DNA of 64,000 bases from Hydrolagus colliei (Eukaryota), in NCBI GenBank assembly GCA_035084275.1, contig CM068742.1:78244001-78308000 (forward strand), in the 5' to 3' direction. The notes under the pieces are model-generated. The model saw nothing but the letters and a program-made list of their open reading frames with translations. It made no database searches and was not told where the DNA came from. The translations under genes and the position numbers were made by a program. Below, piece after piece: positions 1 to 14,323 of this stretch (positions are counted from its first letter, which is position 1; each line of letters begins with the position of its first letter).

Positions 1-3000
1 AGAGTATAATCATTGTTGTATCTGATATAGCGTGTTACCATATCATCGAGACTTCTCAAAGCTTTTCATAACTTTTTACTGTATTAAGTACTGTAACTAT
101 ATTTGTAGACAAACACGGAAGCTGAGTTGCACACAGTGAATAACCATTGCATTAACTTCACATCATACTGCTGGAGTAAGCAGCGTTCATTTATTTTCTT
201 TCTAATCACCTGATGATGAAATCAAATGATTCTCTTAGTCAATGGTGTTCAGTGCTGAGAACTGTGAAGAAAACAGATTGGAAATTCACACACTGCTTTC
301 CGCATGCATTAAACTTTACGCACAAGACTGTACACCAGAAAACAGAAGGCAATGTTTTTATTCTTGTAATTTGTGAGTTTACTTATTGGTCCACAAAGGA
401 AAAAAGCACAGTGGCCTATTCCATTTTGGGGAGTGGGCGTCAGCTGTGTATCTGACACAGGTGGAAACTCACCACCATGCTTAAGGATATCCAAATCAAA
501 CTAAGAGTATGCCACTTACACATGGAAATTCCCATACCTGGAATGGAATGCTTACTCTCTCTTGATAAGAGCATGATGCATGAAAGCAAATATTAAAAGA
601 AGAAACTAAGTTGAACACTACCCCAACAAAATTACAAATTAAAGTGGCTGAATGTTTTCAAAATGGCAGCCACTCAATCCCTGAAAGCAGAAGTCTACCA
701 TGATCACTGTGTGTGAGGGCTGCTGCCACTTAGTGGCTATTAAGTGTTACACACTGAGCATTACAAACCCCATATTGTAACTACTCTATAACTGGCAATA
801 AATGAATAGTGATGTAACACTAACCCTGCAGTTCATTGCAGCACCATGTATGCTGGTGATGTGTGGATTATTTTTTATTGTGTAACGACAACAACTTACA
901 TTTATATAGTAGCCTTCATGCCGGATGGTGTCTCGGAGCACTTATAACAATACACACGGCTTTCTTCATGTTTATGTAACTGTTTTTGTTATCTGTGCTG
1001 CTAGGTTGGTCGTTAAGGATAAATGATCGCTGCATTTTGATATAGTGCCTTATCACGTCATCAAGACATCTCAAAGTGCTTTGCTGGAATTTACTGTCAC
1101 TGTGCAATCTCAATACTGCAGCCAATTGCCGTACAGCAATGACCCGTAAAACAACCATGAAATGAATGACCAATGTTATCTGGGGGATTGTCGACAGGAC
1201 ATCAGGAGAAACTCCCTTGTATTTTTTAATAATGCCATTTATAGTGCATAGTTCCTCTGTGTCATTTTATTCCAGGTTTTAAAGATCATTTTACTGTACA
1301 GAGGATTGTACAACTAATTGTACAAATGTGTGTTACAACTAATTACAACAGCAAAGTGCTCCTTCCTCTTCACTCTGTTCACTTCAGTGCCAGATCTTTA
1401 CGTTTTAAACACAGAGAGTTCTTCATGAAAACTTTATAGATTTGAGATCTGCGACACATGATGTGCAGGAGATTAATGGTGGTATTTTCACCTTTGCAAA
1501 GGCCGAGCAGTTAGCGCTTCAGCAAAATAGGTCAGTTTAATGCCTCATTACTCACGATTGCACTCAATATGGAATACACGTATTTATTATCAGGACACCC
1601 TAGTTCTCTTGAAAACCTGCTCAGAATATCTACCTGCTCAAGGACACTAATTCAACAATTATTATAAATAAGGGGATCCTTTGGTCTGTCAGATATCTGA
1701 CAGCTAAGGGAACCCATTTCCATGCTTAAGAGTATCCAAAACAGATCAAGTCTTTCACTCTTTCTGGAGAGAGACACTCTGCTAACTTATTCTATTCTGA
1801 AACATCAGATAATTCACTCACTCATTGGTATGCAAAGCATCTGCAGGCAAGAGCATTAAGTAATGGAAAATTAATTCCTCTTCCATTGACTTCTATCATA
1901 ATTCAATTACAACTGTGGGTTTGATGAACTAATGTCCAGACCAAACCAGACAAATGGTTACCTAAAAGGCATCTCCAGCACACAATTACTGCTCAATTCA
2001 GTGTTCTATCTTAAACATGAAATGGCACATGCTCTCCTGGGGAAATGTGAAAACAAAGTGACAGTAGACAAGTGTTTTACTCAGAAGCTATTTCTACAGA
2101 TTGTGTTGAAATTGCTGTTGGCACGTTTTCCTTTGTAGGCTTAAATGATTCTAAAAGTATTGGCTCATAGAACTGTGATTAAATCAAAATGCATTATTAT
2201 AAAATTATAAGTTGAAAAGCCAAAATATCCCCTTGAATCTCACTTAACTGGACAACTCATGTGTATTAAAATTGATTTGATGTGGATTAAGTTAATCCAA
2301 ATCATTTCAGTGGTCACATCAGTGCAGTCAATGTTAGTGCTTGGCTCCCACTGTTTGACTCTTACTGTAAAGAAAGTTTAGGGCATTAGGAATTGTGTAA
2401 AAATTCCAAGCATTATCACAGTCAGTGTGCGGAGTGCTCAAGCGTATGTATGGACAGCGTGGAAAGTACTTCACATGATTACAAGATTGGTCTGGATGAA
2501 GACTGCCTTTTGGACAATCCGATTTAATTCCTCCAGAATATCTACCCTACCATCCCCTCATCAACAACAACAACAAAATTACATTTGTGTAGCGCCTTTC
2601 ACATTAGGAGGATGTCCCAAGGCACTGGTCATCACTGCATCAAGCTGCTTTTTAAATGAGTCCAGTGTCCTGGCCTCTACCACATTTACTGGCAACCTAT
2701 TGAGTCATTGATTTCCTCTGTAGGAAGAAAAACTTCCAGGTATCTATCCTGAAATTGCCCTTTAAATCTATGTACTTATGTTCTACTGATTTGACACATT
2801 CATCTAACAACTATTCACCTGAGCTTACTATTTCAATTCCATTTGCAATTTTAGTAATATAGCCCAGCATCCTTCTTGCCTTGTTTATTGTTGTTTCAAA
2901 CTGTTTTCATATAGTGAGCAACAAGACAACAACTAACAGGTCCACTAAAACCCATTGATCTCATCAGGAAAGTCCTAATGTGGGATATAATAACAACAAA

Positions 3001-4587
3001 TTGCATTTATATAGTTCCCTTTAAGCGGAGTAGCATCTTGGAGAGTTTAAATAATACACCTTGTACAGGTATTTGATATGGTGCTTACCATGTCACTGGG
3101 ATGCTTCAAATCACTTCATAGGATTACTATAAACATACCTCTTGGCAGTCATATATCCCAGGAAACGTAAATAGAAATAAGTGAATCAAAAAACTATTGC
3201 CAACCATATCAATGCTGTCCAACCTGGTTCGTGGTTGAATCCAAACTGTGTATGAAAACTGCCCAAACTGAAAGTCTGCAGACAAACAGAAATTTCCATA
3301 TATAAGTGAAAATTCTCAGTAGTTTGTGTTGGATTCACTTAAGCATGGCAATGCCTTCTGCACATGTCAAACACATAGCTGACCAAACAGAAATGGCAAT
3401 ATTCAATGTGCACTTTGGCAAGTTGCTAATGGAAAATCTTAGGGTTAGGGTAACTACATATATTGTAAAACTTATTGGCACAGAGAGCCACAACTCGTCT
3501 TAAATGAGCATTTATATTTATTCTAGACAGCTGATTGAAGACCAGTACTCTGCTCAAGACAACAACAAGACTAACCCTAAGGATGGAAATAACTCTTATG
3601 AATAATTCATTTCTAATTAGCTTTTCTACAAAATACATTTAAGTATACGTTAAATTGTTATTGGTAGTTGCAAAAAAAAGTCTTAACAATGAGTATACAT
3701 TTGGAAATATATTATGTAAGGTAGATTTTGCCTGTTGATAATCTCTCTGGGGTGTTATGGAATGGTTTCTTTGTGTCATGGAATTCCTATTTCTGTTAGT
3801 CCACAATCCTAATTGACAGCAATACCTACAGCAATATCTAATTACCAGAGAACGTGTTTCTTTTTATCATCTTAACAAAGAAGTTATAGCAACTGTCAAA
3901 GACATTCTCAATTCCTTTAGAAAAAACTCTTTGCTTTCACCTTTCAATGCAGATTACTTTTGGCTACAAATGTGGGCATTCCCCCATAAAGATATTTTAG
4001 ATTCATTGATTCTTCTTCCAAGCATTTGAATCATCCATTAACTTGAAGAGAGAGATGTGTTTTTGTTTAAGCATGAGGCGAAAAAAAGAGTTCTTTTTCA
4101 GGAATCAAACAATTGAAAAGCTCTATTTTACATTTTTCCCATATTTTGTGGTTTTATCAGGAGTGATGCTAATATCAACCAATATCTAAAGGCTGCCAAT
4201 TATTTCTCCGAAGCAGTTATTGCCTGCATGCTTCTAGATTGCAGAAGAACAAGTACTGGCATAAGGAACTGCAAGATCGTATTAGGTATTTTTATTATTA
4301 TAAAGTGTTAGAATGTAGAGTTGATACTATTTTTATCATCTGATACAAGTGTGACACCTTGGTTGGCCAATGTTTAACATTCTCCTGGTATTAGCATTGG
4401 CATAACACAAAATAAAATTACCCTCTGCCTGGCAAAGGTAAGCTTCAGGACTGCCAAGCAACCAAGGAGAACAACAACAATAACAAAATTACATTGACAG
4501 AGCACCTTTCATGTTGAGAGGACGTGTCTTCTGCAGTGTTTATTTTACGCTCTTTGATTACCTAAAATACTAATTCTCTGTTGTGAC

Positions 4588-5593
4588 TAGGGTCCGTCGA
4601 TATGGAAATTTTCCGATTTAGATATATCGATGGGCTCATATCGAGATATACCGAAATATTGATATTTTGGGGGTTTTCGTACTGCGCATGTGCGCGCGAC
4701 GCGCGCATTCGGAGTTCGCGCGCGTTCCGGGTGCGAGCGCATTCGGGGCCCATCTCCTCAGGAGGTAAATATCCTTCTCTCTCTGTGTCTCTCACTCTCT
4801 CCATCTCTGTTTTTTCTGTCTGTGTCTCTGTGTCTCTCTCACATCCCCCCCATCTCTATCTATCTGTATATTATCACATCCACCCCGTCTCTCCCCCCAC
4901 CCCCCCCCCGCCGTCTCTCTTCCCCCCCCGCCGTCTCTCTCCCCCCCACCCACCCTAGCCGTCTCTTTCCCCTCCCCCCCCACCATCTCTCTCCCCCCCA
5001 CACACCCCCAGCCATCTCTCTCTCCACACTCCCCCAGCCGTCTCTCTCCCCCCATACCCTCCTCCCAGCCATCTCTCTCCCCCCACCCCACACCCAGCCA
5101 TCTCTCTCCCTCCCCACCACCCCCAGCCGTCTCTCTCCCCCCCACATACTCCCAAGCCGTCTCTCTCCCCCCCACACCCCCCCCAAGCCATCTCTCTCCC
5201 CCCCTCCAGCCGTCTCTCTCCCCCCCACACCTCCCCCCAGCCATCTCTCTCCCCCCCCCACCCCCCACCAGCCATCTCTCTCCCCACCCCCAGCCATCTC
5301 TCTCCCCCCCCACACTCCCCCCCAGCCATCTCTCTCCCCCCCACACACTCTTGCATACCTGTATATTGTATTCGAGGACTATGAATACAATATGGCGGCT
5401 TTGCACCTCGGTCTGTGCATTGTGTATAGAGATGAGCATTCTGGGTCTTGTAGTTCAGTGTGCGGTATTCCAATTTTTTTCCTTGATATATCGAAAGATC
5501 GATATATCGATAATTTTGAAATGCCTATATCGGCGTATCGATATGAAAATTATATCGGGTTTTAGCGATATATCGATATATCGCCGGACCCTA
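4588..5593. mobile_element. Non-autonomous hAT DNA transposon
   Basis: TIR TAGGGTCCG(T/G)CGATAT at both ends and a perfect 8-bp TSD GTTGTGAC (4580-4587 and 5594-5601). It has CpG-rich subterminal GATATATCG/ATCGAT repeats and no transposase. Confidence 0.92.
4880..5348. repeat. C-rich minisatellite (unit approx. CCCAGCC(A/G)TCTCTCTC(C)n) inside the hAT element
   Basis: Many imperfect ~25-30 bp units are directly visible. They explain the overlapping low-complexity Pro-rich and Gly-rich ORFs here. Confidence 0.9.
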
Positions 5594-7149
5594 GTTGTGA
5601 CAGGAACAAAGGGGTTGATTTTCTACACTGATGGAGCAATACCTTTAAATTAGAGCAGCGAGGTTCCAAAATTCCATCTAGTCGTGGCCTGTAAGTCCAC
5701 TTTGCCTTAAAATTGAAGATCGTGCTGAATTGTGGAAAATTGTAGCCTTTTGTTGTCATTTGGAAGCTGGTTCCAGTTTAGAACTCTTCCAAGAATGACT
5801 TCCAAGCCAAAACGCAAAATACTGCATTTTTGTTTCAGACTTCCAAGCCAATTTGGATTCACCTGCACATTAAATTTAGGTATATCCGGCTACATGGAAG
5901 GTTCCGCAGCTACCTATATGTTGTCACCTGAGACCAGATCTATCAGCAAGTTTGAGTGGTTCCAGAGTTAGAACCCAAACAATTGCAGCAAAGAAGAAGA
6001 TAATTTGACCCATCATGTCTCTGCCAACTCTTTGAAAGACCAATCCATTTAGTCCCATTCACAGACTTTTCTCCAAATATCCTTCAAATTACTTTTCAGG
6101 TTCCTGCAGGTAGATGTCTGAAATAACTTGTCATTTGTTAGCATCACCTTAATTCCACATAGCACTTCACAGGCAATTACTGTCAAGTATAAGACCCACG
6201 TACAACTTTGGATGAATGATAAATTAATCTGGGCGTGACACCAAGAGAACCCCCCACCTCCCCCACTCCCCCCCACCCCTACTTCTGTTTTCAAACAGTG
6301 TTAATGGTCTCTTTAAAATTCACCTGAAAATCAGGCGGACATGATCTTGATTTAACATTGAATTAGAAAGATAGCTTTGACGATGCAGCACTCCCTAAGT
6401 ACTGCACTGCAATGACATGTCAATCAGACCATGAGATGAAGTCCTCACACAGTGCTTGAATCCATAAGGCAAAGTGCTATCAACTGAGCCAAGGTGACCT
6501 TTTAAGCCCTGTATTAAATGTTAGGATTATTATCTAAATGTCACTGAATAAGTATACATATTGTAAATGCAGTTTTAGCCCAGTTCATACAGCATATACA
6601 GTTTACACAGCAAATTGAAATCTTGCGTTTGTCTATTGACTGTCTTCTGTATAATTTCACCTACACTTGTCCTGGCTAATGTATTCACTGATTAGTTATT
6701 CAACAGTGATAGTGTAAATGAATAAGTCTTTGGTAATTTGTGTCGTAGAGAAGCACATACACTAAGCTTTGTAATTCATTATCTAAAAAGAGCTGTGTTC
6801 TCAGATTCTTCAGCGTAATTTCTCTTTCTGTTCTCAGCCCTGCTCCAGCCAATGTACAGTCCACTCCCATCCTAGCATCATGTATTCAATTCTTTTTTTC
6901 AATAAGAAGCAGAAATGAATCCATAGAACTTTAATTTAATTTAAATTCTTGGGGAAGAATATGGAATTTTCATATTGTCTCCAGGCCAATGAACCTACAA
7001 TCAATTTGTGCTGTAATAAAAACCATTGTGTTATCACAAAGTGTTTCTTAATAATAGCCACAGTGCACTGTTACCTTTCACAGATCACAGTTCTACTCCC
7101 AGTTTGAGTATACAGTACTACAAGGATAAGATCGATAATGTCACCTCAG

Positions 7150-7885
7150 ACCATGTGCTCTTTGGGGAGGGGCAGTCGATCTGGCTCCAACGAGACGTGC
7201 TTACAACAGAATCTTAGAATTGAGTCAATCCTCTGTGGTTGTCTTGACAATCTGATTTCTGAGCCAGACATGTCTGCAGTACTCCTGGTCACTGCGGATG
7301 ACAGACATGCCAGCCTTGCGCATCAACAGGACCTATCACTTGGGGCAGGGACTCTTCCCACTCAGCTCCTATCAATTCTGCAAAGCAAATGGATAGGGTG
7401 GTACAAGCTGGATAAGCAACGGACGCTAGCCAGATATTGTTTCAGTGACAAGCCATGCGGCTTTAGCTGGTCAAGCTCCAACAGTACCCCCATCAACTCT
7501 AGAGTCTTGCTGATCTGTAACTACTGTTTTGCCCACAAATATACAGTCAATTCTCCTAATCTCTTTCATCCTGGCTCTCCCCCTCCACCCCCTGCTCCTG
7601 TACAGCGCCTGAAAAGCGCTATATAAATGTAAGTTTTGATTGATTGATTGGTTGATTGGTTGATTGGTTGGTTGGTTGGTTGATTGATTGATTGATCGAT
7701 TGATAATGCTCTCTGAAATTTGATAAGCAGATAAGCAGAAGTGTGTCCCTCCAGAGAGCGAGTGGAATAAGAGAGTGCATATTCCATTCTATCCATGGAA
7801 ATTTCCATGTATAAATGGGATGCATTCAATTCTCAATTTGATTTGGATATTCTTAAGCATGGTGGGGTGTCTGTATGTGACAGGT
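7150..7885 (-). repeat. Unclassified old interspersed repeat (other copies ~452-560, 1695-1800, 20100-20600, 27965-28100)
   Basis: The blocks CACCATGCTTAAGG.TATCCAAA and TACACATGGAAATTCCC are shared among copies. TTAGAATTGAGTCAA occurs at both 7213 and 20163. Confidence 0.6.
7637..7702. repeat. (GATT)n/(GGTT)n microsatellite
   Basis: Directly visible; it follows an L2-like tail. Confidence 0.9.
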
Positions 7886-7892
7886 GAAAAAA

Positions 7893-8230
7893 CTCCTGTG
7901 GCTCAGTGGTTAGAGCACTTGTCTTGCAAGCTGGGGAAACCAAGCTGGGGAAACCTGTGTTCGAATCCAGGCAGGTCAGGGCGAAACCTTGGGCACGTTT
8001 CCTTACCCCACACGCCTAATAATAATCCCTCCAAAAAAACACAATAATAAAATTGGTCATTTCAATCCACGACTGTGTGTGGGACACTGCTGTGCGCAAT
8101 TGGCTGCCGTGATTCGCCCACAAATATATACAGTCAATTCACTTTACAGTATATTCTGTGAAGCGCTTTGGGACGTTGATAAGATGTGGAAAGCGCTATA
8201 TCAAATGCAAGGATTATTATTATTATTATT
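7893..8230 (+). mobile_element. tRNA-derived SINE with Deu-like core and L2-like tail (short variant)
   Basis: A box TGGCTCAGTGG, anticodon-like loop TTGCAA, B box GTTCGAATCC, core TGTGGGACACTGCTGTGCGCAATTGGCTGCC, and tail GCGCTATATCAAATGCAAGG(ATT)n. Confidence 0.88.
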
Positions 8231-9599
8231 AAAAGGTAATGTCAGACATCAACAACATGAACAACAACTTTCAATTATATAGCACCCTTCACACCGTACC
8301 TGGTGGTGTCTTCTTGGCTGTTCAATTTTGGGTCAGCGTCAGTTTGATATCCTTTAGGCTTAACAAGCTTACATGTTCTTTATTTAAAATTGTTTGGCCC
8401 ACGTGAGTTTACACAGGTATTTGAAAGTGTAAAATCATGAAGTAGCACTAAACAATTTGTTATTTATTGAAATATAGTTATTAACATTAGTGGCCTGATG
8501 AATCTTTCACTGCTAGCGTTTTCCTTTAACAAATAAAAGAGGCTATTTCCCCCTCTAACTTGTATTACAGCTGTTGTAGTTTCTCATCAAAATTTAATGT
8601 CCCAAGGGCAGCTGGAAACTGAACAGAAATCCGTTCCAAGAAATGAAGACTTCTCACAGTCTTGCATGTCCAGTGCTCATGCAAAAAATTAACGCCCGTA
8701 CAAAACAGTTGAACAAGCACCACAGGTGTATTGGAAACACAGTGGCAAACTTTGTTTGATGTAAAGTGGGATTTTTAAATGCTGGAGTGGTAGCAAATTT
8801 AACATTTGTTTGAATGGATAGCCGATTGTCCACATAAATTCTGCTATCAATCCCCTCCCCAACTCCCAAAACACTGATTGTTTAATGCCTTGGGATGTAC
8901 CCCCAAAGTGAAAAGCACTATACAAATGTAATTTTGCTGTTGTTGTTGTTGGTTAGTTTGAAGACTAAGCATTCAAAGCTTGGGTACTACCCTTGTCTTT
9001 CCACAGAACTGCACTGGGATTATGTGTTTGGGCAGTTGTGTCTGAAGTCACAAAAGTGCAGACATTGGTCAGCACAACTCCTTCCCTTTCCCTCCATCCT
9101 CCTCGTCCCCGACTCCAGCTCGAGTCTGAAATATGACTGTCCAGCACCTTGGGGTGTCTTCCTGATGTGAAAGACATTATGCGTGTAATTTTGTTGTTGT
9201 TGTTGGTGGTGGTTTCCTTTCTCAATAGAAAATAATAAGAGTTACAGAGTCTTTTCCTCCTGTCCTACTCTGCCTCGGTTTTTTTCACGCTTCCAACTAC
9301 AGTGTACTGCTCGTTCCTCACACTCTCTCTTTTGCTTCCTCATTCTTTCTCGCCCTATCAGTGACTGAGCCTCTGATCACCAATGACCCCATTATCTGGA
9401 ACTCTTTGCCAAAGTTCTTTTTGCTTTGCATCTTCTCACTCTGGCTTTAAAATACTCCTTGAAATGTAACGCTTCGATTGTGGCTTTCGTCACAATTCTC
9501 AAACTCCTGAGTACAGTAAGTAATCAGACACTGCTCTATTCCTCATAGCATTTAATTCTTATACTATACTAACATTCTTTGCATTTAATGTAACAATCA

Positions 9600-9955
9600 C
9601 TTTGTCGAGAAGTCTCAAAAGATTTATTTCATGGAATATTATTGTGAATTGATTGTGCATTTGAAGACAAATGAGGCAGTCAATTTCACACAGCAATGTC
9701 CCACAAACAGCCATGAATTAAATGATCAGTTTTATCTGGGGGATTGTTGGCCAGGACACCAGGAGGAATTCCCTTCTCTTTATGAGTAATATCGTGGCAT
9801 CTTTAAGGTCCGTTGAGCAGGCAGTTTAATGTGTCATCTGAAGGACAGCAGTTCCAACAATGCAGCACTCCATCAGCCATGCACAGAGTTTGAAGTCCCA
9901 ACATGGAACTTGGACCTTCTGACTTAGAGGCAAGAGTACTATCAACTGAGCCCAG
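9600..9955 (-). mobile_element. Older Deu-domain SINE (related fragments near 1040-1240, 6300-6490, 29190-29360, 33900-34140, 50095-50250, 59540-59820)
   Basis: Reverse-complement tRNA-like head GGCTCAGTTGATAG..CTCTTGCCTCT(A/G)AGTCAGAAGGT, then GGAGTGCTGCATTGT, CTGGTGTCCTGGCCAAC and GCTGTTTGTGGGA, as in DeuSINE-type elements. Confidence 0.65.
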
Positions 9956-10267
9956 CCAACACATTCGGCAAATAACTGATAACCCCTTCATGGTGTCTAT
10001 GTCATCTCCTCTTTTGTTCTATTCATCCTTGGTGATGTCCTCAACAGTGGCTCATATTGTTTCACCTTGGCTTCCGTTGTTACCTTGCCTTCCTAAATCG
10101 AGTGGAGGGATTATAAATCCTGTAACCATCATAATGCCAAGATCACAAGTAGAGAATAGTATAGAATCACCATCGAAGGTCTGTACATTTACCTACAAAT
10201 GAGATGGAGTTTTAAATGGTGGTTTCTTGCCTATTTCGGTGGATAATAAAGATCCCATGACACTATT

Positions 10268-10439
10268 TGTTATATTCGAGATATAAAAGAGAGACCGTGG
10301 AGAGATCGACTTTTATGTAAGACGGCTTTATTAAGAAGACCACAAGTCTGCAATACCATGTGCTACCACAGTGGTCATGAGAAGGTGCTATAACCGATAC
10401 ATCTACATATAAGAACATAGTGATTAGCATAATCCTACA
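10268..10439 (-). repeat. 3' LTR (~172 bp) of the Gypsy element
   Basis: On the minus strand a polypurine tract GGGGGGAGA (10440-10448) directly precedes TGTAGGATT...AATATAACA (TG...CA ends). There is an internal AATAAA (plus-strand TTTATT near 10328). Confidence 0.8.
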
Positions 10440-10477
10440 TCTCCCCCCAAGTACAGACAGGTGTACTTTAAGATCAC

Positions 10478-13400
10478 TTAAAAAGTAAGGCGATCAGGAG
10501 GTTTTACTACACGTCCAGAACGTGTTGTCATCACAGCTGGTGGTTGAACACTCGGTGTTTGTGACAATGATGGAGACGGTGAAAACTTCTGAGGTGAAGT
10601 TGCGGTCTGCTCTGTTACATCAGAAGGTGTAGTTGGTGGAGGTTCCAGTAGTGGTTTTTTAGGTGGTGTTTTAACCAGGGCTGATCGGTTTCGTCGAACT
10701 GTGCCGGGACTGGTTTTTATGATGTAGGATCGTGGGTTGGAAGTTTGGTTGAGGACAGTTCCGTGGCGGTCCTGGTCTCGGATCCAAACAGAGTCGCCGG
10801 GATGGAGCTCTGGCAAATCTCTAGCGCGGTGACGAAGGTTGAAGTTTTGTTGCTGGTTTGCACGATATACCTCTTCCTTCTGTCGTATCTGCTGGTCAGA
10901 TTGAACCTTTGGTTGAAGGTTTGATGGAAGAATAGGCAGTGTTGTTCGAAGTTTCCTGCTCATCAGCAGCTCGCTTGGTGATAGGCCATTCTGGAGAGGA
11001 GATGCTCTGTACGTCAGGAGGGCAAGATAGGGATCTTCATTCTTTTCGAGTAGCCCTTTCATTGTACGAACTGCTCTCTCAGCTACGCCGTTTGCCTGTG
11101 GGTACCTTGGCGAACTGGTGGTGTGTACGAATCCATACTTCTCAGCAAACTGGAGGAATGAGGCTGAACTAAATTGCGGCCCATTGTCAGAGACCACCAA
11201 GTCTGGGATCCCGTGGACAGCAAAGATTTATTTCAGTGCTTTAATAACTGTTGCTGAGGTTTGACCAGATGAGAGAGATTTTATTTCTATCCAGCGGGAA
11301 TAGTAGTCGACTACAACGAGAAAAATCTTCCCTTGATATTCAAATAAATCCATCCCCAGCCTTTCCCCCGGACGTGATGGGAATGATGCTGGCAAGAGAG
11401 GCTCGCATTGTTCTGGTCGGTGTTTGGCACAAGTCAAACATTTAGAAATCATCTCTTCCAAAGTCTTGGAGAGACCAGGCCACCAAACAGATGTACGTGC
11501 TCTGGCTCGGCATTTGGTGATTCCCAAATGGCCCTGATGGATGCAGTCAAGTATTTCCAATCTCATGGTTCTGGGAATGACTATGCGGTCGTCATAAAGA
11601 AGAAGATTGTCGAGGACAGAGAGATGACTTCTACTTTCCCAGTACTGGCGAAGTAGTGGTGTGTGTGGCATGTAAGCAGGCCAACCACTTAAGCAATACT
11701 CTTTGATCTGCGCGCACTCTTCGTCTGCTTTTTGAGCTGCGGTGATGTCAAGTAGGCGTCGTCTACTCGCTGGTAGTGTATTCATTGTATGATTCGCGAA
11801 AGTTTCAATTTCTGCAATCAGCGCAGTGTCGGATTCATCGGGTATGCCGACAGGAGCACGGGATAGTGCATCGGGCGTGTTCTGGTGTTTGCCTGGAACG
11901 TACTGGACTGTTGGACTAAATCTCATCAGACAAAGGCGGAATCGCAGTTTGCGTGGAGGCATCTTATCGAGTTCCTTCGTCTGCAGAAGGGACACAAGTG
12001 GTTTGTGATCTGTTTCAAGGATGAAGTGTAGTCCTAGTACATAGTCAGAGAACTTCTCACAAGCCCAGGTTGCAGCTAGTGCTTCTTTTTCGATTACTGC
12101 ATATCGCTTCTCTGTGTCACTGAGAGAACGTGATGCATAGTAGATTGGATGGCGTTTTCCATCATCTTGGATCTGAAGAAGAACGGCACCAATGCCAGAT
12201 GCTGAAGCGTCAGTGGCAACGAAGGTTGGACGTTTTGGGTCATAGTGAGCGAGAACTGCAGATGAAAGTAGCAAATCTTTCACGTTTTGAAATGAACTCT
12301 GCTGTGCGTCACCCCAATACCAAGCTGTCTCTTTCTGTAGCAGCTGGTGTAATGGCTCGTTGATCTCCGCCAACCTAGGGACGAACTTCCCAAGTTGGTT
12401 GACCATTCCCATGAATCTCTGGAGCTCAGTGATGTTAGTTGGGACTGGATACTCTGAAATGGCTGTCGTCTTGCGTTGATCAGCGTGTAGGCCTGCTGCG
12501 TCTATCACATGACCTAAGAATTTGATGGAGCCCTTGGAGAATTCACATTTGTCATTGAGTGTGAGCCCAGCTTCGAGTAGTTGCTGCAAGACTGCTCTTA
12601 CACGTTGGTTGTGTTCAACTTGTGTGGCACCGTGAATGAGAATGTCATCCATATGGCAAATGACACCATCAAGTCCAACGAGGATACCAGACATGGTTCG
12701 TTGGAAAATCTCTGGTGCAGAACTAATGCCGAATGGTAGCCGGTTGAAGCAGTAACGACCTGAAGGTGTGATGAATGTAGTCAGAAGTTTCGAATCTTCA
12801 TCAAGCGGTATCTGCCAAAATCCACTCTTTGCGTCCAGCTTGGAGAAGATTTTACTTTTCCCAAGCTTAGCCAAGCTCTCGTCGACTGAGGACATAGGGT
12901 GAATCTCACGTTGTACACTCTTGTTGAGTTGAGTGAGGTCAACACAGATGCGATAGGAACCGTTTGATTTGGGCACAGTTACCATACCTGAGCACCATGT
13001 TGTTGGCATATTGACTGGCGAAATGACACCCTGTCGAAGCATGGACTGAATCTCCTTTTCCACTTGTGGTAGCAGTGGATGAGGCACTTTTCTCGATGTG
13101 TACAAGCATACTGGCTTGGCGTCAGGGCACAGTGTTATGTGGTACGGTCTCTGAAGTTTTCCCAGGCCAGTGAACAATCCAGGATATTCTGCTTTGAAGT
13201 TGGGAGTTGGACTCTGCTTCACCTCATTTACTCTTGCGATGAGGCCAAGATCGACGCATGCTCATTTACTGAGTAGCGAACATCTCTGGTTTTGAATTAC
13301 GTAGAGTCGTTCAGTTATCTCCCTCTGGAGGTACTGCAGTTTAGCAATCAGCATTCCCTTCACTGGTAGTGGGATGCCACCTGGACCACAGAGGGACTGA

Positions 13401-14323
13401 TTGGTCTCTTTGAGTTGTACATCGGCTAGCCAGGGTTCTGTCTCACCGATGACGGAAACGGCTGCCCCGGTGTCTAGCTTGAAGCAGGTGTGGTGTCCAT
13501 CAACTGAGATGCAAGCTCTCCAAAAGTCGTTATCGTCAACGATCTCATCAAGGAACGGAAGGTCCTCCTGTAGTGAGTCTTGAACTTCATGCACTTTTGT
13601 GTTTCTGCGTTTGGATGCAGCGCTGCGGCAAACTGCCTGGAAATGACCTTTCTTTTGGCAATTGTTGCATATGGCATCTTTTGCAGGACATTGTTGACGT
13701 GAATGGCGTTGTCTGCCACACCATTGACAATTATCGGCCTTGGAATCTCGTGTTTGCTGCATTTGTTTGCTCGACTTTAAGCTGTTGTCGTTGGATGGAG
13801 TTTTGCGTTTAGTGACATCATCAATGCCAGTGGACCTGATGTCACCACGGACAATATCTCGGCTGTTATATCTTGTCTCTGACTGACGGCATATATGGAC
13901 CGCTTTGTCAAGCGTGAGGTCCGGTTGGGCCTGCAGAGAGTCTGACAATTTTTCATCCAGCACTCCAACAACAATTCTGTCTCAGATTAAGCTGTCCTTG
14001 AGCTCGCCGTATTGACAGTTATCCGCTAGTCTAACCAAATCTTGTATGTAAGCATCAATGGATTCGCCTGGCACTTGTTTTCGCCTGTTAAACCGAGCCC
14101 TCTCCACGATCACATTTCGTCTGCCTTCATAATGTTCAGTTAGTGCTTCTATAACCTCATCATATGTTGCAGTTTTCTCATCTATTCTGAGAGTGATTAT
14201 AATGTTATCAGTGCAATCTCCCATAGAAAATAGGAGTGTGCTCACCTGTTTTATGTCTTCTTTTTCATTGAGACCTGAGGCAATGCGATAACGTTCAAAA
14301 TGATTGATCCATTTAAGCCACAA
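10478..14323 (-). pseudogene. Gypsy gag-pol polyprotein, single frame interrupted by three stop codons
   Basis: ORFs 13982-14323, 13262-13963, 11228-13222 and 10478-11200 lie in one frame. The junctions read SLI*DRIVVGVLDEK, LLSK*ACVDLGLIARVNEVKQ and ALK*IFAVHGIPDLVVSDN, with no frameshift. Confidence 0.9.

Noticed and set aside
4602-5653. Long overlapping ORFs (up to 291 aa, Pro-rich or Gly-rich)
   Set aside because: They are artefacts of the stop-free C-rich minisatellite inside a hAT MITE.
7893-7975. tRNA genes at SINE heads (also at 41681, 60292 and 61086)
   Set aside because: A and B boxes are present, but there is no intact acceptor stem and each head continues into a SINE body.
11228-13222. 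664-aa RT/RNase H ORF as a domesticated or read-through gene
   Set aside because: It is bounded by in-frame stops within an otherwise standard Gypsy pol and has no ATG start or 5' LTR, consistent with neutral decay.
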